A DNA stretch of 64,000 nt from Patescibacteria group bacterium (GTDB lineage Bacteria; Patescibacteriota; Minisyncoccia; UBA6257; Colwellbacteraceae). Shown one piece after another: positions 54,949 to 64,000 of this stretch (its first letter is position 1; each line of letters opens with the position of its first letter). The stretch lies in the NCBI GenBank assembly GCA_023380305.1, contig JAMCQZ010000008.1, positions 122,659 through 186,658 of the forward strand, given 5' to 3'. The position numbers and the translations under genes are program-made. The notes beneath the pieces were generated by a model. That model was not told the origin of the DNA and made no database searches. It saw nothing but the letters and a program-made list of their open reading frames with translations.

Positions 54949-56487
54949 TCAAGCGGCGTTTTTTAATCTGTATTGATAGGCCTCAGCTACGTGGTCGGCC
55001 GTAACGAGTTCCGATTCCTCGAGATCGGCGATGGTGCGGCTTACCTTGAGCATCCGGAAATAGCCCCGGCCGGAAAGCTCCGATTGGTCAAAGATTTTCT
55101 TTAGCATGTTGTCGGCGCCGCGGTCGCAATTGATAAGTTCCTCACATTGTTTCGAAGACATTTCGCTATTGAGGAGTAGGGAGATTTTCTGTTGTGCAAA
55201 ACGTTCTTTTTGAATTTCTCTTGCTTGGTTGACCCTTCTTCGGATTTCTGAGCTTCTCGCTCCGCCGCTTGATCTGAGTTCGCCGAGTTTCAGATTGGGA
55301 ACGTGGATTTGAATGTCAATCCGGTCAAGCAAGGGGCCGGAGATTTTCTTCTGGTAGCGGAAGATTTCGTTGGCGCTACAGCGACATTCGCGTTTCGGGT
55401 CGCCGTAAAATCCGCAGGGGCATGGATTCATAGCGGCGACGAATTGGAAACGCGAGGGGAAGGTGAGGCTGGACTTCGCCCTTGAAACGACGATCTCTCC
55501 AGATTCAAGGGGTTGCCTCAGGGCTTCGAGAATATCCCGGTGGAATTCGGGTAGCTCGTCCAAGAAAAGCACGCCGCGGTGGCTTAAGCTGATTTCCCCG
55601 GGTCTGGGATTCGCGCCGCCGCCGATCACGGAAACGATCGAGGCTGAATGGTGTGGCTGCCGGAAAGGCCGCGATTTTATAAAAGAAGCATTTTCGGGGA
55701 TCATTCCCGCGGCGCTCCAGACCTTGGAGACTTCGAGCGCTTCGGCCAGGGTGAGCGGCGGCAGAATGGAGCCGAGGGCTTTGGCGAGCATGGTCTTGCC
55801 GGACCCCGGCTGTCCGGACATGAGAATGTTGTGGCCGCCGGAAGCGGCGACAATCAGGGCCCGTTTGGCCGCTTCCTGGCCGCGGACGTCTCCGAAGTCG
55901 AATTCTGCTTCGATATTTTCGAAATCCGGTTCTTGGTTCGGGAAAACATCGATCAAACGTTTGTTTTCGAAGTGGTCGATGGCTTCCGCGAGGCTGCCAA
56001 CTGGGACGACGGCGATCTCTTGGATAAGGCTTGCTTCCTCGGCGTTTTGTTTCGGAAGGACGATGGATTTAAATCCCTGTTCGGCGGCGGCCGAGGCGAT
56101 GTTCAAGGCGCCGCGCATCGGCCGGAGTCCGCCGTCGAGGCCGAGCTCGCCGACAAAAAGGATCTGCGAGGAGTCGAATTCTTTCATCTGGTTTGAAGCC
56201 ACTAGATAGGCGAGGGCGATTCCGAGATCGTATTGCGATCCGGATTTGTCGATATCCGCCGGCGCGAGGTTGACGACGATTCTCCGGTTTTCGCGGTTCG
56301 GCGGCCGGCAGCCGCTCCACTTGAGGGCCGAGTTTACCCTCTCTTTGGCCTCGGACAGTGCCTTGTCCGCCAGGCCGACGATCGTAAAACTATGAAGGCC
56401 GACGTTTAAGTCGACCTCGATTTCGATTATCCTCGCCTGCACCCCCTCGAGTTCCGCTGAGAAAACGCGAGACAGGTTGGCGGGCAT
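54949..56487 (-). CDS. comM: YifB/ComM family Mg-chelatase-like AAA+ ATPase
   Basis: ORF trimmed to Met30 (MPANLSRVFSAELEG...). Lon-like N-domain, Walker A MSGQPGSGKTMLAK, and the C-terminal ChlI-like region. Confidence 0.85.
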   Translation of the reverse strand: MPANLSRVFSAELEGVQARIIEIEVDLNVGLHSFTIVGLADKALSEAKERVNSALKWSGCRPPNRENRRIVVNLAPADIDKSGSQYDLGIALAYLVASNQMKEFDSSQILFVGELGLDGGLRPMRGALNIASAAAEQGFKSIVLPKQNAEEASLIQEIAVVPVGSLAEAIDHFENKRLIDVFPNQEPDFENIEAEFDFGDVRGQEAAKRALIVAASGGHNILMSGQPGSGKTMLAKALGSILPPLTLAEALEVSKVWSAAGMIPENASFIKSRPFRQPHHSASIVSVIGGGANPRPGEISLSHRGVLFLDELPEFHRDILEALRQPLESGEIVVSRAKSSLTFPSRFQFVAAMNPCPCGFYGDPKRECRCSANEIFRYQKKISGPLLDRIDIQIHVPNLKLGELRSSGGARSSEIRRRVNQAREIQKERFAQQKISLLLNSEMSSKQCEELINCDRGADNMLKKIFDQSELSGRGYFRMLKVSRTIADLEESELVTADHVAEAYQYRLKNAA

Positions 56488-56488
56488 G

Positions 56489-56824
56489 TCAGCTTTCCTG
56501 CTTGTTGTGCTCTTTGCAATAGCGCGCCGACGGATTGAGTTCGAGAACCTCCATCTCGATGTTTTCCCCGCCAATTTCGCAGATGCCGTAGACGTTGTTC
56601 TTGATTTTGTTCAAAGCCGAACGGATGTCGTCGAGTTTCTGCAGCAAGATGTCCTGCTTGCTTGCCTGCAAATCGGCCGCGGTCGATTCGTCGGCTTCTT
56701 CGGTTTCCTCGTCCTGGGTGTCGCCGAAATTGACAACATCGGGCGTGGCTTTGAGTTCGGACTCGATTTTGGCCTCTTCTTGGACCAGTCTTTTTTCAAA
56801 TTTTTCTAAATCTTCGTTCGTCAT
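56489..56824 (-). CDS. DksA/TraR-family C4 zinc-finger protein
   Basis: Acidic coiled-coil N-terminus and a C-terminal CEICGENIEMEVLELNPSARYC zinc ribbon. Confidence 0.55.
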   Translation of the reverse strand: MTNEDLEKFEKRLVQEEAKIESELKATPDVVNFGDTQDEETEEADESTAADLQASKQDILLQKLDDIRSALNKIKNNVYGICEIGGENIEMEVLELNPSARYCKEHNKQES

Positions 56825-56837
56825 ATAATAAAAGTAT

Positions 56838-57404
56838 ATGATTTACAGCTTAAAAGGCAAATTAACGGAAAAGGGACCGGGTTATGTTGTCGTGGAGACT
56901 TCGGGAGTGGGCTACAAAACGTTCTTCCCGGCTTCATCCGAAAACAAATTACCGAAACTGGGGGAAGACATTAAGCTTTATACCAAGCTCCGGGTGAAAG
57001 ACGACGGATTCGATCTCTACGGATTCCTTTATAAAGAAGAGCGGGAATTTTTCGAGCTTTTAAATACGGTCTCCGGCGTCGGTCCAAAAACCGCTCTGGG
57101 AATTTTGAATTTGGCTTCGGTCGGGGATTTGAAGTTCGCTATAGCCGAAGGCAACAAGGACGTACTCATCAAGTCGATCGGTATCGGCAAGAAGACGGCC
57201 GAAAGGCTGATCACCGAGCTGAAAGACAAGATTTTTGTCCCGGAGTCCGGCAAAAAATCCGCCTCCTGGGACGAGGATGTTTACCAGGCGTTGCTCGAGC
57301 TCGGCTATAAATCGAAAGAGGCCAAGGAAGCAGTGATGAAAATAAATCCTGATTTAAAGACCTCCGGGGAAAAGCTGAAAGAGGTTTTAAAAAAAATAAA
57401 ATAA
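56838..57404 (+). CDS. ruvA: Holliday junction DNA helicase RuvA
   Basis: OB domain MIYSLKGKLTEKGPGYVVVETSGVGYK, HhH LLNTVSGVGPKTALGIL, and a C-terminal RuvB-binding domain. Confidence 0.85.
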   Translation: MIYSLKGKLTEKGPGYVVVETSGVGYKTFFPASSENKLPKLGEDIKLYTKLRVKDDGFDLYGFLYKEEREFFELLNTVSGVGPKTALGILNLASVGDLKFAIAEGNKDVLIKSIGIGKKTAERLITELKDKIFVPESGKKSASWDEDVYQALLELGYKSKEAKEAVMKINPDLKTSGEKLKEVLKKIK

Positions 57405-57458
57405 GAAAGAGGCCCGTTGTAAGCGGGTCTCTGGTTTGGCTGCCAGCGCGGAGCCGGA

Positions 57459-57758
57459 TCAGCCGATGGACAGGGATTCAACCTTGCCGTCCAGGATGCG
57501 GAAAGCGCATCTTCCTTGAGGCAGGAGCGAGGCGGAGAGGCCGTAGTTATGCACGACATCTTCATCGGTGTATGGCTGGAGAAGCTGATCTTCGATGTAG
57601 ACGCTCGCCACGAGCTTCAAGACAGACCGGAAAGCGTTCTTGATGAAGTGTTGAGCCTGGCTCTCCGAGAAGGCCCTGACGAAACAAATGCCCTTGACCC
57701 TACTCGTCGGGACCCGATACAGCTGGAGCACGGACTTTGTTCTCGGTCTCACGGCCAT
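57459..57758 (-). CDS. hypothetical protein (99 aa)
   Basis: Strong AAAGGAGGAG Shine-Dalgarno 7 nt upstream of ATG. The antisense ORF 57516..57833 was rejected. Confidence 0.5.
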   Translation of the reverse strand: MAVRPRTKSVLQLYRVPTSRVKGICFVRAFSESQAQHFIKNAFRSVLKLVASVYIEDQLLQPYTDEDVVHNYGLSASLLPQGRCAFRILDGKVESLSIG

Positions 57759-57912
57759 ACAATCTCCTCCTTTAGCGATTGTGGTTTTTCACCTGAAAAT
57801 GAATCAAGGTCCGATCAAATTGCCTATTTTTAAAATATAACACATTTCCCGATTTTTGTCCAGAGAGGACTCACTCGATCGAACATTCTGCGATATAATC
57901 TATTTAATCACC

Positions 57913-59334
57913 ATGAAATTAACTTTTTTCGGCGGAGTCGGGGAAGTGACCGGCTCGAATTATTTATTGGAAAGCGAGCCTCTTGATCCTAAAGATCGGC
58001 CGACGCGCATTCTAATCGACTGTGGTCTGGAGCAAGCAGGCCACTATTGCGAAGATTCGAACTTCGAGCCTTTCCCGTTCGACCTCAAAGAGATTGACGC
58101 CGTCATCATCACCCATAGCCATATCGACCACATCGGCCGCGTCCCGAAGCTCGTAAGGGATGGGTTTAAGGGCTCGATCATTTCCACGCCTCCGGCCAAG
58201 GATTTTGCCGAAGAGCTGTTGCTCGATTCCGAGCATATTCTCGGGAACGAAGCCGAGGCGAAAGGCAGGGAACCTCTTTATACCGCCGTCGATGTCGAGG
58301 ATGCGCTCGGCCTTTGGAAAACCATTCGTTATCACGAAATCAAAAAAATCAAGGATTTCGAAATCGAGCTTTACGACGCCGGACATATCCTGGGTTCGAG
58401 CTTCGTCGTTGTCTCGACTACGGAGTCAAAGAAGGACAAGGACGGCCGGCCCGTAGATGGGGCGGTTAAAAAGAAAATCGTTTTTTCCGGGGATCTTGGC
58501 AATGTTCCGGCGCCGCTCGTCAAAGATACCGAGATCGTGAACCAGGCAGATTATGTGCTTGTTGAGTCGACCTACGGCGATCGCCTGCATCAGGATCTCG
58601 CAACAAGACAGGACCTTCTGGAAAACGCCATCGAAGACACGGTCAATTCCAAGGGCGCATTGATGATTCCGGCTTTTGCCATGGAGCGCACCCAGGAGCT
58701 ACTTTACGAGATCAACTCGCTCGTTTCCGAAGGCCGCATTCCCCAGGCTCCGGTTTTCATCGACAGCCCGCTTGCTATCAGGCTGACGGCCATCTATAAA
58801 AAATATTCGAATAACCCCGAGTATTTTGACGCCGAATCTCTGGCCAAGCTTCGCGGGGGGGACGCTATTTTCGATTTTCCGGGGTTGCAGACGACGCTTA
58901 CCACCGAAGAGTCGAAGATGATCAACGATGTGCCCATGCCCAAAGTGATCATTGCCGGGTCTGGCATGTCTCAGGGCGGCCGCATCATGCACCACGAGCT
59001 CCGCTATTTGCCCGATAAAAACAGCACCATGCTTTTCATCGGCTTCCAGGTTCAGGGGTCTCTGGGAAGGGCGATTTACGACGGGGAGAAAAAGGTAAGA
59101 ATTTTGGGAGAAGAGGTGGCGGTCCGCTGCCGAGTGAGATCGATCGACGGTTATTCGGCTCACGCCGACCAGGAGGGGCTGATCAAGTGGCTTTATCCGA
59201 TGAAAGACAGCCTAAAGAAAATTTTCGTTACCCACGGAGAACCGGAGATAAGCGCCGAATTCGCCGCCGCCGCTTCGGATAAACTGGCGGTTGAAACCGA
59301 GGTCCCGCAGAAAGGCGAGAGTGTGATATTATAA
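57913..59334 (+). CDS. MBL-fold / beta-CASP family hydrolase (RNase J / CPSF-like RNA-metabolising enzyme)
   Basis: ITHSHIDHIG (HxHxDH), a downstream beta-CASP region and a C-terminal His motif (SAHADQEGL). ORF trimmed to Met20. Confidence 0.7.
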   Translation: MKLTFFGGVGEVTGSNYLLESEPLDPKDRPTRILIDCGLEQAGHYCEDSNFEPFPFDLKEIDAVIITHSHIDHIGRVPKLVRDGFKGSIISTPPAKDFAEELLLDSEHILGNEAEAKGREPLYTAVDVEDALGLWKTIRYHEIKKIKDFEIELYDAGHILGSSFVVVSTTESKKDKDGRPVDGAVKKKIVFSGDLGNVPAPLVKDTEIVNQADYVLVESTYGDRLHQDLATRQDLLENAIEDTVNSKGALMIPAFAMERTQELLYEINSLVSEGRIPQAPVFIDSPLAIRLTAIYKKYSNNPEYFDAESLAKLRGGDAIFDFPGLQTTLTTEESKMINDVPMPKVIIAGSGMSQGGRIMHHELRYLPDKNSTMLFIGFQVQGSLGRAIYDGEKKVRILGEEVAVRCRVRSIDGYSAHADQEGLIKWLYPMKDSLKKIFVTHGEPEISAEFAAAASDKLAVETEVPQKGESVIL

Positions 59335-59355
59335 AAACAAAACAACAACGATTAC

Positions 59356-59946
59356 ATGCCTGATTCGACATTGAAATATAAGATTTGCGTTTCCGGAGCA
59401 GCCGAGACTGCTCATTGCGGAGAAGCGGCTTTCAAACAGGCCGAGGAACTCGGCCGGGAGATTATTAGACACGGCGCGGTTTTGGTCGACGGCGCGACCA
59501 CCGGGTTCCCTTTCTGGGCGGCCAAAGGAGCCAAGCTCGAAGGCGGAACCGTTGTCGGCGTTTCGCCGGCTGATTCCAAACAGGAGCACATCAAGCTCTA
59601 CAAACTGCCGGTCGATTATCACGACATCATCATGTACACCGGTCACGGATATTCCGGACGCAACCTTCTTTTGACGCGCATGGCCGACGCCGTGGTCGTC
59701 GGTTGCGGACGCATGGGGACGCTTAATGAATTCACCATCGCTTTCGAGGATAAAAAACCCATCGGGATTCTGGAAGGGGAATGGGTGACGGACGAAGTCA
59801 TCAAGACCATCATCGAAAAATCGTTTCGCGGGGACGAGATGAAGGACCGCATCGCTTACGATGCCGATCCCAAAGCCCTACTCGACAAATTGATTGCCAT
59901 CGTTTCCCGCCTTGAAGAAACAAACGGCATCGTCAAACCGCTCTAA
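59356..59946 (+). CDS. LOG / TIGR00725-family Rossmann-fold protein
   Basis: VVGCGRMGTLNEFTIAF resembles the LOG-family GGxGTxxE motif. 196 aa. Confidence 0.55.
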   Translation: MPDSTLKYKICVSGAAETAHCGEAAFKQAEELGREIIRHGAVLVDGATTGFPFWAAKGAKLEGGTVVGVSPADSKQEHIKLYKLPVDYHDIIMYTGHGYSGRNLLLTRMADAVVVGCGRMGTLNEFTIAFEDKKPIGILEGEWVTDEVIKTIIEKSFRGDEMKDRIAYDADPKALLDKLIAIVSRLEETNGIVKPL

Positions 59947-59969
59947 AGGTCGGAAAATTATTTTAATAA

Positions 59970-60218
59970 ATGGAAAAATCAGTGGGCATGGTTACCCATT
60001 ATTATGGGAAACTCGGGGTGGCCATCGTCAGGCTTTCCGGCGAACTTAAACTCGGAGAAAAGATTAGGATTTTCGGAAAAACAACGGACTTTTCCGAGGA
60101 GAATACCTCGATGCAGGCCGATCATAAGGTCATCAAATCGGCGGGCAAAGGGGAAGAGGTGGGCATTAAAGTTAGCCAGGAAGTGCGCGAGGGAGATGAA
60201 GTTTTCAAAATCGTATAA
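59970..60218 (+). CDS. hypothetical small beta-barrel-like protein (82 aa)
   Basis: Vaguely reminiscent of the EF-Tu domain-2 / GTP_EFTU_D2 fold (GELKLGEKIRIFG...). Its 3' end overlaps the next gene by 23 nt. Confidence 0.35.
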   Translation: MEKSVGMVTHYYGKLGVAIVRLSGELKLGEKIRIFGKTTDFSEENTSMQADHKVIKSAGKGEEVGIKVSQEVREGDEVFKIV

Positions 60219-61323
60219 GGAAATTGTTATCCCGGCAAGCATGCTTGCGTCCTTGATTATTGGCGCCGGCATGTTTTCTCTGCCTTACGTAACAAGCAGG
60301 TCCGGCCTCATCGTCGGCCTGGTTTATCTTGTCGTTTTTACGGGGCTCATGTCTCTGATCCATTTGTTTTACGCCGATGTCGTCGCCGATGACCGGGATA
60401 GCCGTTTTGTCGGCCAAAGCAGGCGCTATCTCGGAAAAGCCGGTTTTTTCTTCGGGGCAGTCGCCATTTTGATCGGCACTACTTTGGCTTTGACGATTTA
60501 TCTTATTCTGACCGTCGGTTTCGCTTCCCTGGTGTTTCCCCGTCTGCCGACTTTAGCCGCGGCTGTTATTTTCTGGGCCGCCGCCGGCCTCGCCATCGGT
60601 CTGGGCGTCAAGGAGATCGCCGGCGTCGACAGTTTGTTGACGATTTTTATGGTCTTCCTCGCGGCCACCGTGGCTTTCTTCGGCTTGAGATCCGGCCATA
60701 CAGCCATGGGTGGACTTGATCTCTGGCCGGTCGCTGGTGCATCGCTTTTGCTTTTGCCTCTTGGTCCGTTTCTTTTCTCTTTGAACGGCCGGGCGGCCAT
60801 TGTCTCCCTGAGGGATTATTTCGATACCAACCGTCTGGATAAGAGAAAAATGAAACAGGCGATTATTTTGGGAACGTCGATCCCGGCGTTCGTCTATCTG
60901 TTTTTCATCGTGGGCATCATTATGTTGGCGGCTGGGGCGCCGGCCAAGGATATAGTCCAGGACCTCGCTTTTCTGCCAGCCTACGCCAGGCCGGTTATCG
61001 GCGGCCTGGGGCTCATCGCCATTTTTACTTCGTATATTTTTCTCGGTCTTGAACTCAAATCCATTTTTGAAAGAGATTTCGGTTTGCGAAAGGGACTGGC
61101 TTTCGCGGCCACTATTTTCCCGGCGCTTTTTTTCTATCTTTTCGGCGAGCGCAACCTTGTCGATTTGATCGCCGCCGCCGGCGGGATATTCATCGCTATC
61201 GAGAGCATCCTCGTGATTTTGATGTGGGAGAAAACGAAATCGAAGAAGCTTTTTATCAACCGCGTCATTATCATTGTTTTCGTCCTGGGAGCGGTTTACG
61301 AGGTTTGGAAGAGGATCGGCTGA
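60196..61323 (+). CDS. polytopic membrane transporter, amino-acid (HAAAP/TnaB-Mtr-TyrP-like) permease family
   Basis: About 11 TM helices. N-terminal SMLASLIIGAGMFSLPY resembles the HAAAP signature. ORF trimmed to Met65. Confidence 0.55.
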   Translation: MKFSKSYKEIVIPASMLASLIIGAGMFSLPYVTSRSGLIVGLVYLVVFTGLMSLIHLFYADVVADDRDSRFVGQSRRYLGKAGFFFGAVAILIGTTLALTIYLILTVGFASLVFPRLPTLAAAVIFWAAAGLAIGLGVKEIAGVDSLLTIFMVFLAATVAFFGLRSGHTAMGGLDLWPVAGASLLLLPLGPFLFSLNGRAAIVSLRDYFDTNRLDKRKMKQAIILGTSIPAFVYLFFIVGIIMLAAGAPAKDIVQDLAFLPAYARPVIGGLGLIAIFTSYIFLGLELKSIFERDFGLRKGLAFAATIFPALFFYLFGERNLVDLIAAAGGIFIAIESILVILMWEKTKSKKLFINRVIIIVFVLGAVYEVWKRIG

Positions 61324-61327
61324 CGAA

Positions 61328-61355
61328 TTGCCGAGTTTCCCGATAGGCCGTATAA
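61328..61355 (+). promoter_or_regulatory. sigma70-type promoter (TTGCCG-17nt-TATAAT) for tRNA-Arg(CCG)
   Basis: Consensus -10 TATAAT, about 24 nt upstream of the tRNA 5' end. Confidence 0.45.
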
Positions 61356-61378
61356 TCTGGGCTGTCAGACAACTGATC

Positions 61379-61453
61379 GCCTCGGTAGTTCAATGGATAG
61401 AATGCGAGCCTCCGAAGCTTGCGATGAAGGTTCGATTCCCTCCCGAGGCACCA
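61379..61453 (+). tRNA. tRNA-Arg (anticodon CCG) with encoded CCA
   Basis: GCCTCGGTAGTTCAATGGATAGAATGCGAGCCTCCGAAGCTTGCGATGAAGGTTCGATTCCCTCCCGAGGCACCA, with anticodon loop CTCCGAA. Confidence 0.8.
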
Positions 61454-61481
61454 AAAAATACTGCCTGTGGCAGTATTTTTG
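61454..61481 (+). terminator. rho-independent terminator after tRNA-Arg(CCG)
   Basis: AAAAATACTGCC-TGT-GGCAGTATTTTT. Confidence 0.6.
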
Positions 61482-61680
61482 TGCCCTGGAGAAGATTGAG
61501 AACAAGGAAGGTGTCAGGGAACTCGTTCCCTGCGGAGGAAGAACTGAAACCGAGAGGTGTCAGAGAGGAGCGGACGCGAAGTCCCGAGCTTATCGAGGGA
61601 CGGAGACGGTAGCGACGATGTTCGCTTCCCTCCCGAGGCACAACACAAAGCCGCCTTGAAGGCGGCTTTGTGTTACCCCT
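61482..61680 (+). repeat. tRNA-associated conserved element, copy B, ending in a degenerate tRNA-Arg(CCG) 3' end plus a second terminator
   Basis: The core AAGGAAGGTGTCAGGGAACTCGTTCCCTGCGGAGGAAGAAC...GAAACCGAGAGGTGTCAGAGAGGAG is followed by GCGACGATGTTCGCTTCCCTCCCGAGGCAC (compare the tRNA 3' end GCGATGAAGGTTCGATTCCCTCCCGAGGCACCA). The hairpin AAAGCCGCC-TTGAA-GGCGGCTTT follows. Confidence 0.5.
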
Positions 61681-61730
61681 GGCCTTTCGATCTCCTTTAA
61701 GCTCCTCATTTTTTTCTCTATAATTAGTCT

Positions 61731-63413
61731 ATGCTTTTCACGGAAATCGTCTTGACGATCGTGCTTGCTTCTTTGCTTGGAATTCTGATGATCCTTTTGA
61801 AACAGCCTTCGATTTTGGGTTACATTCTTGCCGGAGTGGTTATCGCTGCCGCCGGCTTCGTGAGCAACGAATCCCTTGATGTAGTTTCCGCGCTTTCGTC
61901 GATCGGCATCGCTTTTCTTCTGTTTATGGTCGGTCTGGAGATGAACCTAGAAAAAATTAGACATTTAGGGAAGGACATCGTTCTTCTCGGCATTCTCCAG
62001 ACGGTTTTTATCGTCGCCGCCGGGTTCGGAGTCAGCCGCTTGTTGGGATTCGGGGCCACGCCGGCGGTTTATCTCGCTTTCGGGTTGTCTTTTTCTTCGA
62101 CCATCATCGTCGTCAAGCTCCTTTCCGAGAAGAAGGACTTAAATAGTCTTTACGGCCGGTTGGTTGTCGGCTCCATGGTGTTTGAAGATTTCCTGGCGAT
62201 TCTCATGCTGATTTTTCTCGAGGGGGTGGGCGCTTCCTCCGGCGCTTTCGGATTTGGCGGGGATTTCATTATTACCATTTTGAAGGGCCTCGTGCTTTTC
62301 GGCGCGACCATCGTGCTTTCGAGATTCATGCCTAAGGCGCTTGATTTTTTCGGCGGCAAGAGCGAAATGCTTTTCCTTTTCAGTCTGGCCTGGGGTCTGG
62401 GTATCGCCGCCTTGATGGATTTGCCCATAATCGGATTGGGCATAGTTATCGGCGGATTCTTGGCCGGGCTTAGCCTGGCAAGTTCGGCCGAACATTACGA
62501 GATCTCCGGAAAAATCCGTTGGATCAGGGATCTTTTTATTCTTCTCTTTTTCGTAGTCTTGGGCGCCCAGATGAGCCTTGAATTAAATTGGGAAGTGCTT
62601 TTGCGGGCCAGTGTTTTTTCCGGATTTGTCCTCGTTATTTCCCCGATCATATCGATGTTTATCATGTCCTTGCTTGGCTATAAAAGCCGGACGGCCTTTT
62701 TCGCGAGCTTGAGCACCGCCCAAATTTCCGAATTCAGCCTAGTGGTGGCTATGAAGGGATTTAATCTCGGCCATCTTACTCAAAACGACGTGAGCGTTAT
62801 GATTATCGTTGCCGCCGTCACCATCGTCGGCTCGTCATATTATGTGATGCATGGGGATAGGCTTTACGCTTTTTTCAAAAGATCGCTGAAGCTCCTTGAA
62901 TTCAGAAAATCCCGCGAGGGAGGCGCTTTTATCGAGGAATATAAGGACCATATTGTTTTAATAGGCGGGCACCGGCTTGGAGAAAATATCATCAAGGCGC
63001 TCGTCGACATCGGCGAGGATTTTGTGATCATCGATTTCGATCCGCAGATCATCAAGATCTTGCGGAGCCGGGGTTTGGCCGTCATTTACGGGGATATCGC
63101 CGAGGACGACGTAAGGGAGGCGGCTGGATTTTCAAAGGCGCGACTCGTCATTTCGACGGCGCCGTCGTTTGAAGACAACGTCGTTATCCTGGAAACGGCG
63201 CGGCGGGACAATCCGCGAACCCGGGTGATTCTCCGGGCGGAAAGCGATCTGGATGCCAGAGACCTTTACGATCTCGGCGCGGATTACGTGCTTTTGCCGT
63301 ATTTTCTGGGAGGGGAATATCTGGGGAGGATGCTTGAGGACGACAAATCTTGCCGGCGGCTCGCGGCCGTCAAAAAAAGGGACCTCGAACTTTTGAAAGA
63401 TCGTTGCCCATAA
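61731..63413 (+). CDS. monovalent cation:proton antiporter-2 (CPA2, KefB/KefC-like) with C-terminal RCK/TrkA-N domain
   Basis: 13 TM Na+/H+-exchanger core. C-terminal Rossmann motif HIVLIGGHRLGENIIKAL...DFVIIDFD. Confidence 0.85.
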   Translation: MLFTEIVLTIVLASLLGILMILLKQPSILGYILAGVVIAAAGFVSNESLDVVSALSSIGIAFLLFMVGLEMNLEKIRHLGKDIVLLGILQTVFIVAAGFGVSRLLGFGATPAVYLAFGLSFSSTIIVVKLLSEKKDLNSLYGRLVVGSMVFEDFLAILMLIFLEGVGASSGAFGFGGDFIITILKGLVLFGATIVLSRFMPKALDFFGGKSEMLFLFSLAWGLGIAALMDLPIIGLGIVIGGFLAGLSLASSAEHYEISGKIRWIRDLFILLFFVVLGAQMSLELNWEVLLRASVFSGFVLVISPIISMFIMSLLGYKSRTAFFASLSTAQISEFSLVVAMKGFNLGHLTQNDVSVMIIVAAVTIVGSSYYVMHGDRLYAFFKRSLKLLEFRKSREGGAFIEEYKDHIVLIGGHRLGENIIKALVDIGEDFVIIDFDPQIIKILRSRGLAVIYGDIAEDDVREAAGFSKARLVISTAPSFEDNVVILETARRDNPRTRVILRAESDLDARDLYDLGADYVLLPYFLGGEYLGRMLEDDKSCRRLAAVKKRDLELLKDRCP

Positions 63414-64000
63414 ATGAAATTCATCGCCGATTTTCACATTCATTCTGCTTTTTCCCGGGCGGTTTCCCGGGATATGACCTTCGATAACCTCGGGGCTTGG
63501 GGCAAAAAGAAGGGCCTGAAAGTCATTGGTACCGGAGATTTCACCCATCCGCGATGGCTTGCCGATATAGAAAGCCTTTTGGAACCGGCCGAGCCCGGAC
63601 TTTACAAATTGAGATCTGGAGATCAAGGGACGCGGTTTCTGCTGACGGCCGAAATCTCGAGTATTTATTCCCGAGCCGGAGCGACGCGGAGGGTCCACAA
63701 TTTGGTTTTTGCCCCGGATGTGGCGACCGTAAAAAAAATCAACGAGGCGCTTTTAAAACGGGGAGCGAATCTCCTTTCAGACGGCCGGCCGATCATCGGC
63801 CTCGATTCCGAGGAACTGGTGAAAATAATCCTGGAAGCCGATTCCGGGGCGGCCGTCGTGCCGGCGCACGCCTGGACGCCGTGGTTTTCGGTCTTCGGAT
63901 CGATGTCCGGCTTTGACTCTCTCGAGGAATGTTACGGAGAACAGACAAAAAATATTTTCGCCATCGAGACCGGTCTCTCGAGCGATCCCTCGATGAACTG
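63414..64000 (+). CDS. PHP-domain protein (TIGR00375-like), 5' part; gene continues beyond window end
   Basis: Not in the ORF track (no stop). MKFIADFHIHSAFSRAVSRDMTFDNLGAW...VPAHAWTPWFS carries the PHP metal-binding His motifs. Its ATG directly follows the antiporter stop. Confidence 0.55.
   Translation, partial: MKFIADFHIHSAFSRAVSRDMTFDNLGAWGKKKGLKVIGTGDFTHPRWLADIESLLEPAEPGLYKLRSGDQGTRFLLTAEISSIYSRAGATRRVHNLVFAPDVATVKKINEALLKRGANLLSDGRPIIGLDSEELVKIILEADSGAAVVPAHAWTPWFSVFGSMSGFDSLEECYGEQTKNIFAIETGLSSDPSMN

Overview
This is a 64-kb, gene-dense bacterial chromosomal segment of roughly 50% GC. Its gene content and compaction fit a small-genome Patescibacteria (CPR)-like organism, but that assignment is an inference. 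The window spans the replication-origin region, with dnaN–dnaA and DnaA-box clusters beside rpmH–rnpA–yidC–jag. It also carries many housekeeping genes: folD, glyA, tyrS, clpP, nusA, rpsO–pnp, gyrA, rpsA, ftsH, ruvA/B/C, mutM, uvrD, rsmA and a class-A PBP. Eleven tRNA genes are present; I parsed their anticodons by hand. The standout features are:
- a tandem array of six perfect parS sites (TGTTTCACGTGAAACA);
- a family of conserved ~100–200-nt elements after tRNA genes, each ending in a degenerate copy of that tRNA's 3' end;
- a low-GC methyltransferase islet bounded by 36-bp direct repeats beside tRNA-Trp;
- a type IV pilin fused to a fibrinogen-related (lectin-like) domain, with pilB elsewhere in the window;
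- a monoderm (Gram-positive)-type T4SS-like operon (VirB6-like, PrgI-like, VirB4-like, M23 peptidase with a pilin-like N-domain), plus three tandem VirB2-like small membrane paralogs;
- a NYN-domain nuclease between rpsO and pnp.
Coordinates taken from the ORF track are exact. Coordinates I counted by hand for tRNAs, hairpins and motifs may be off by 1–2 nt.
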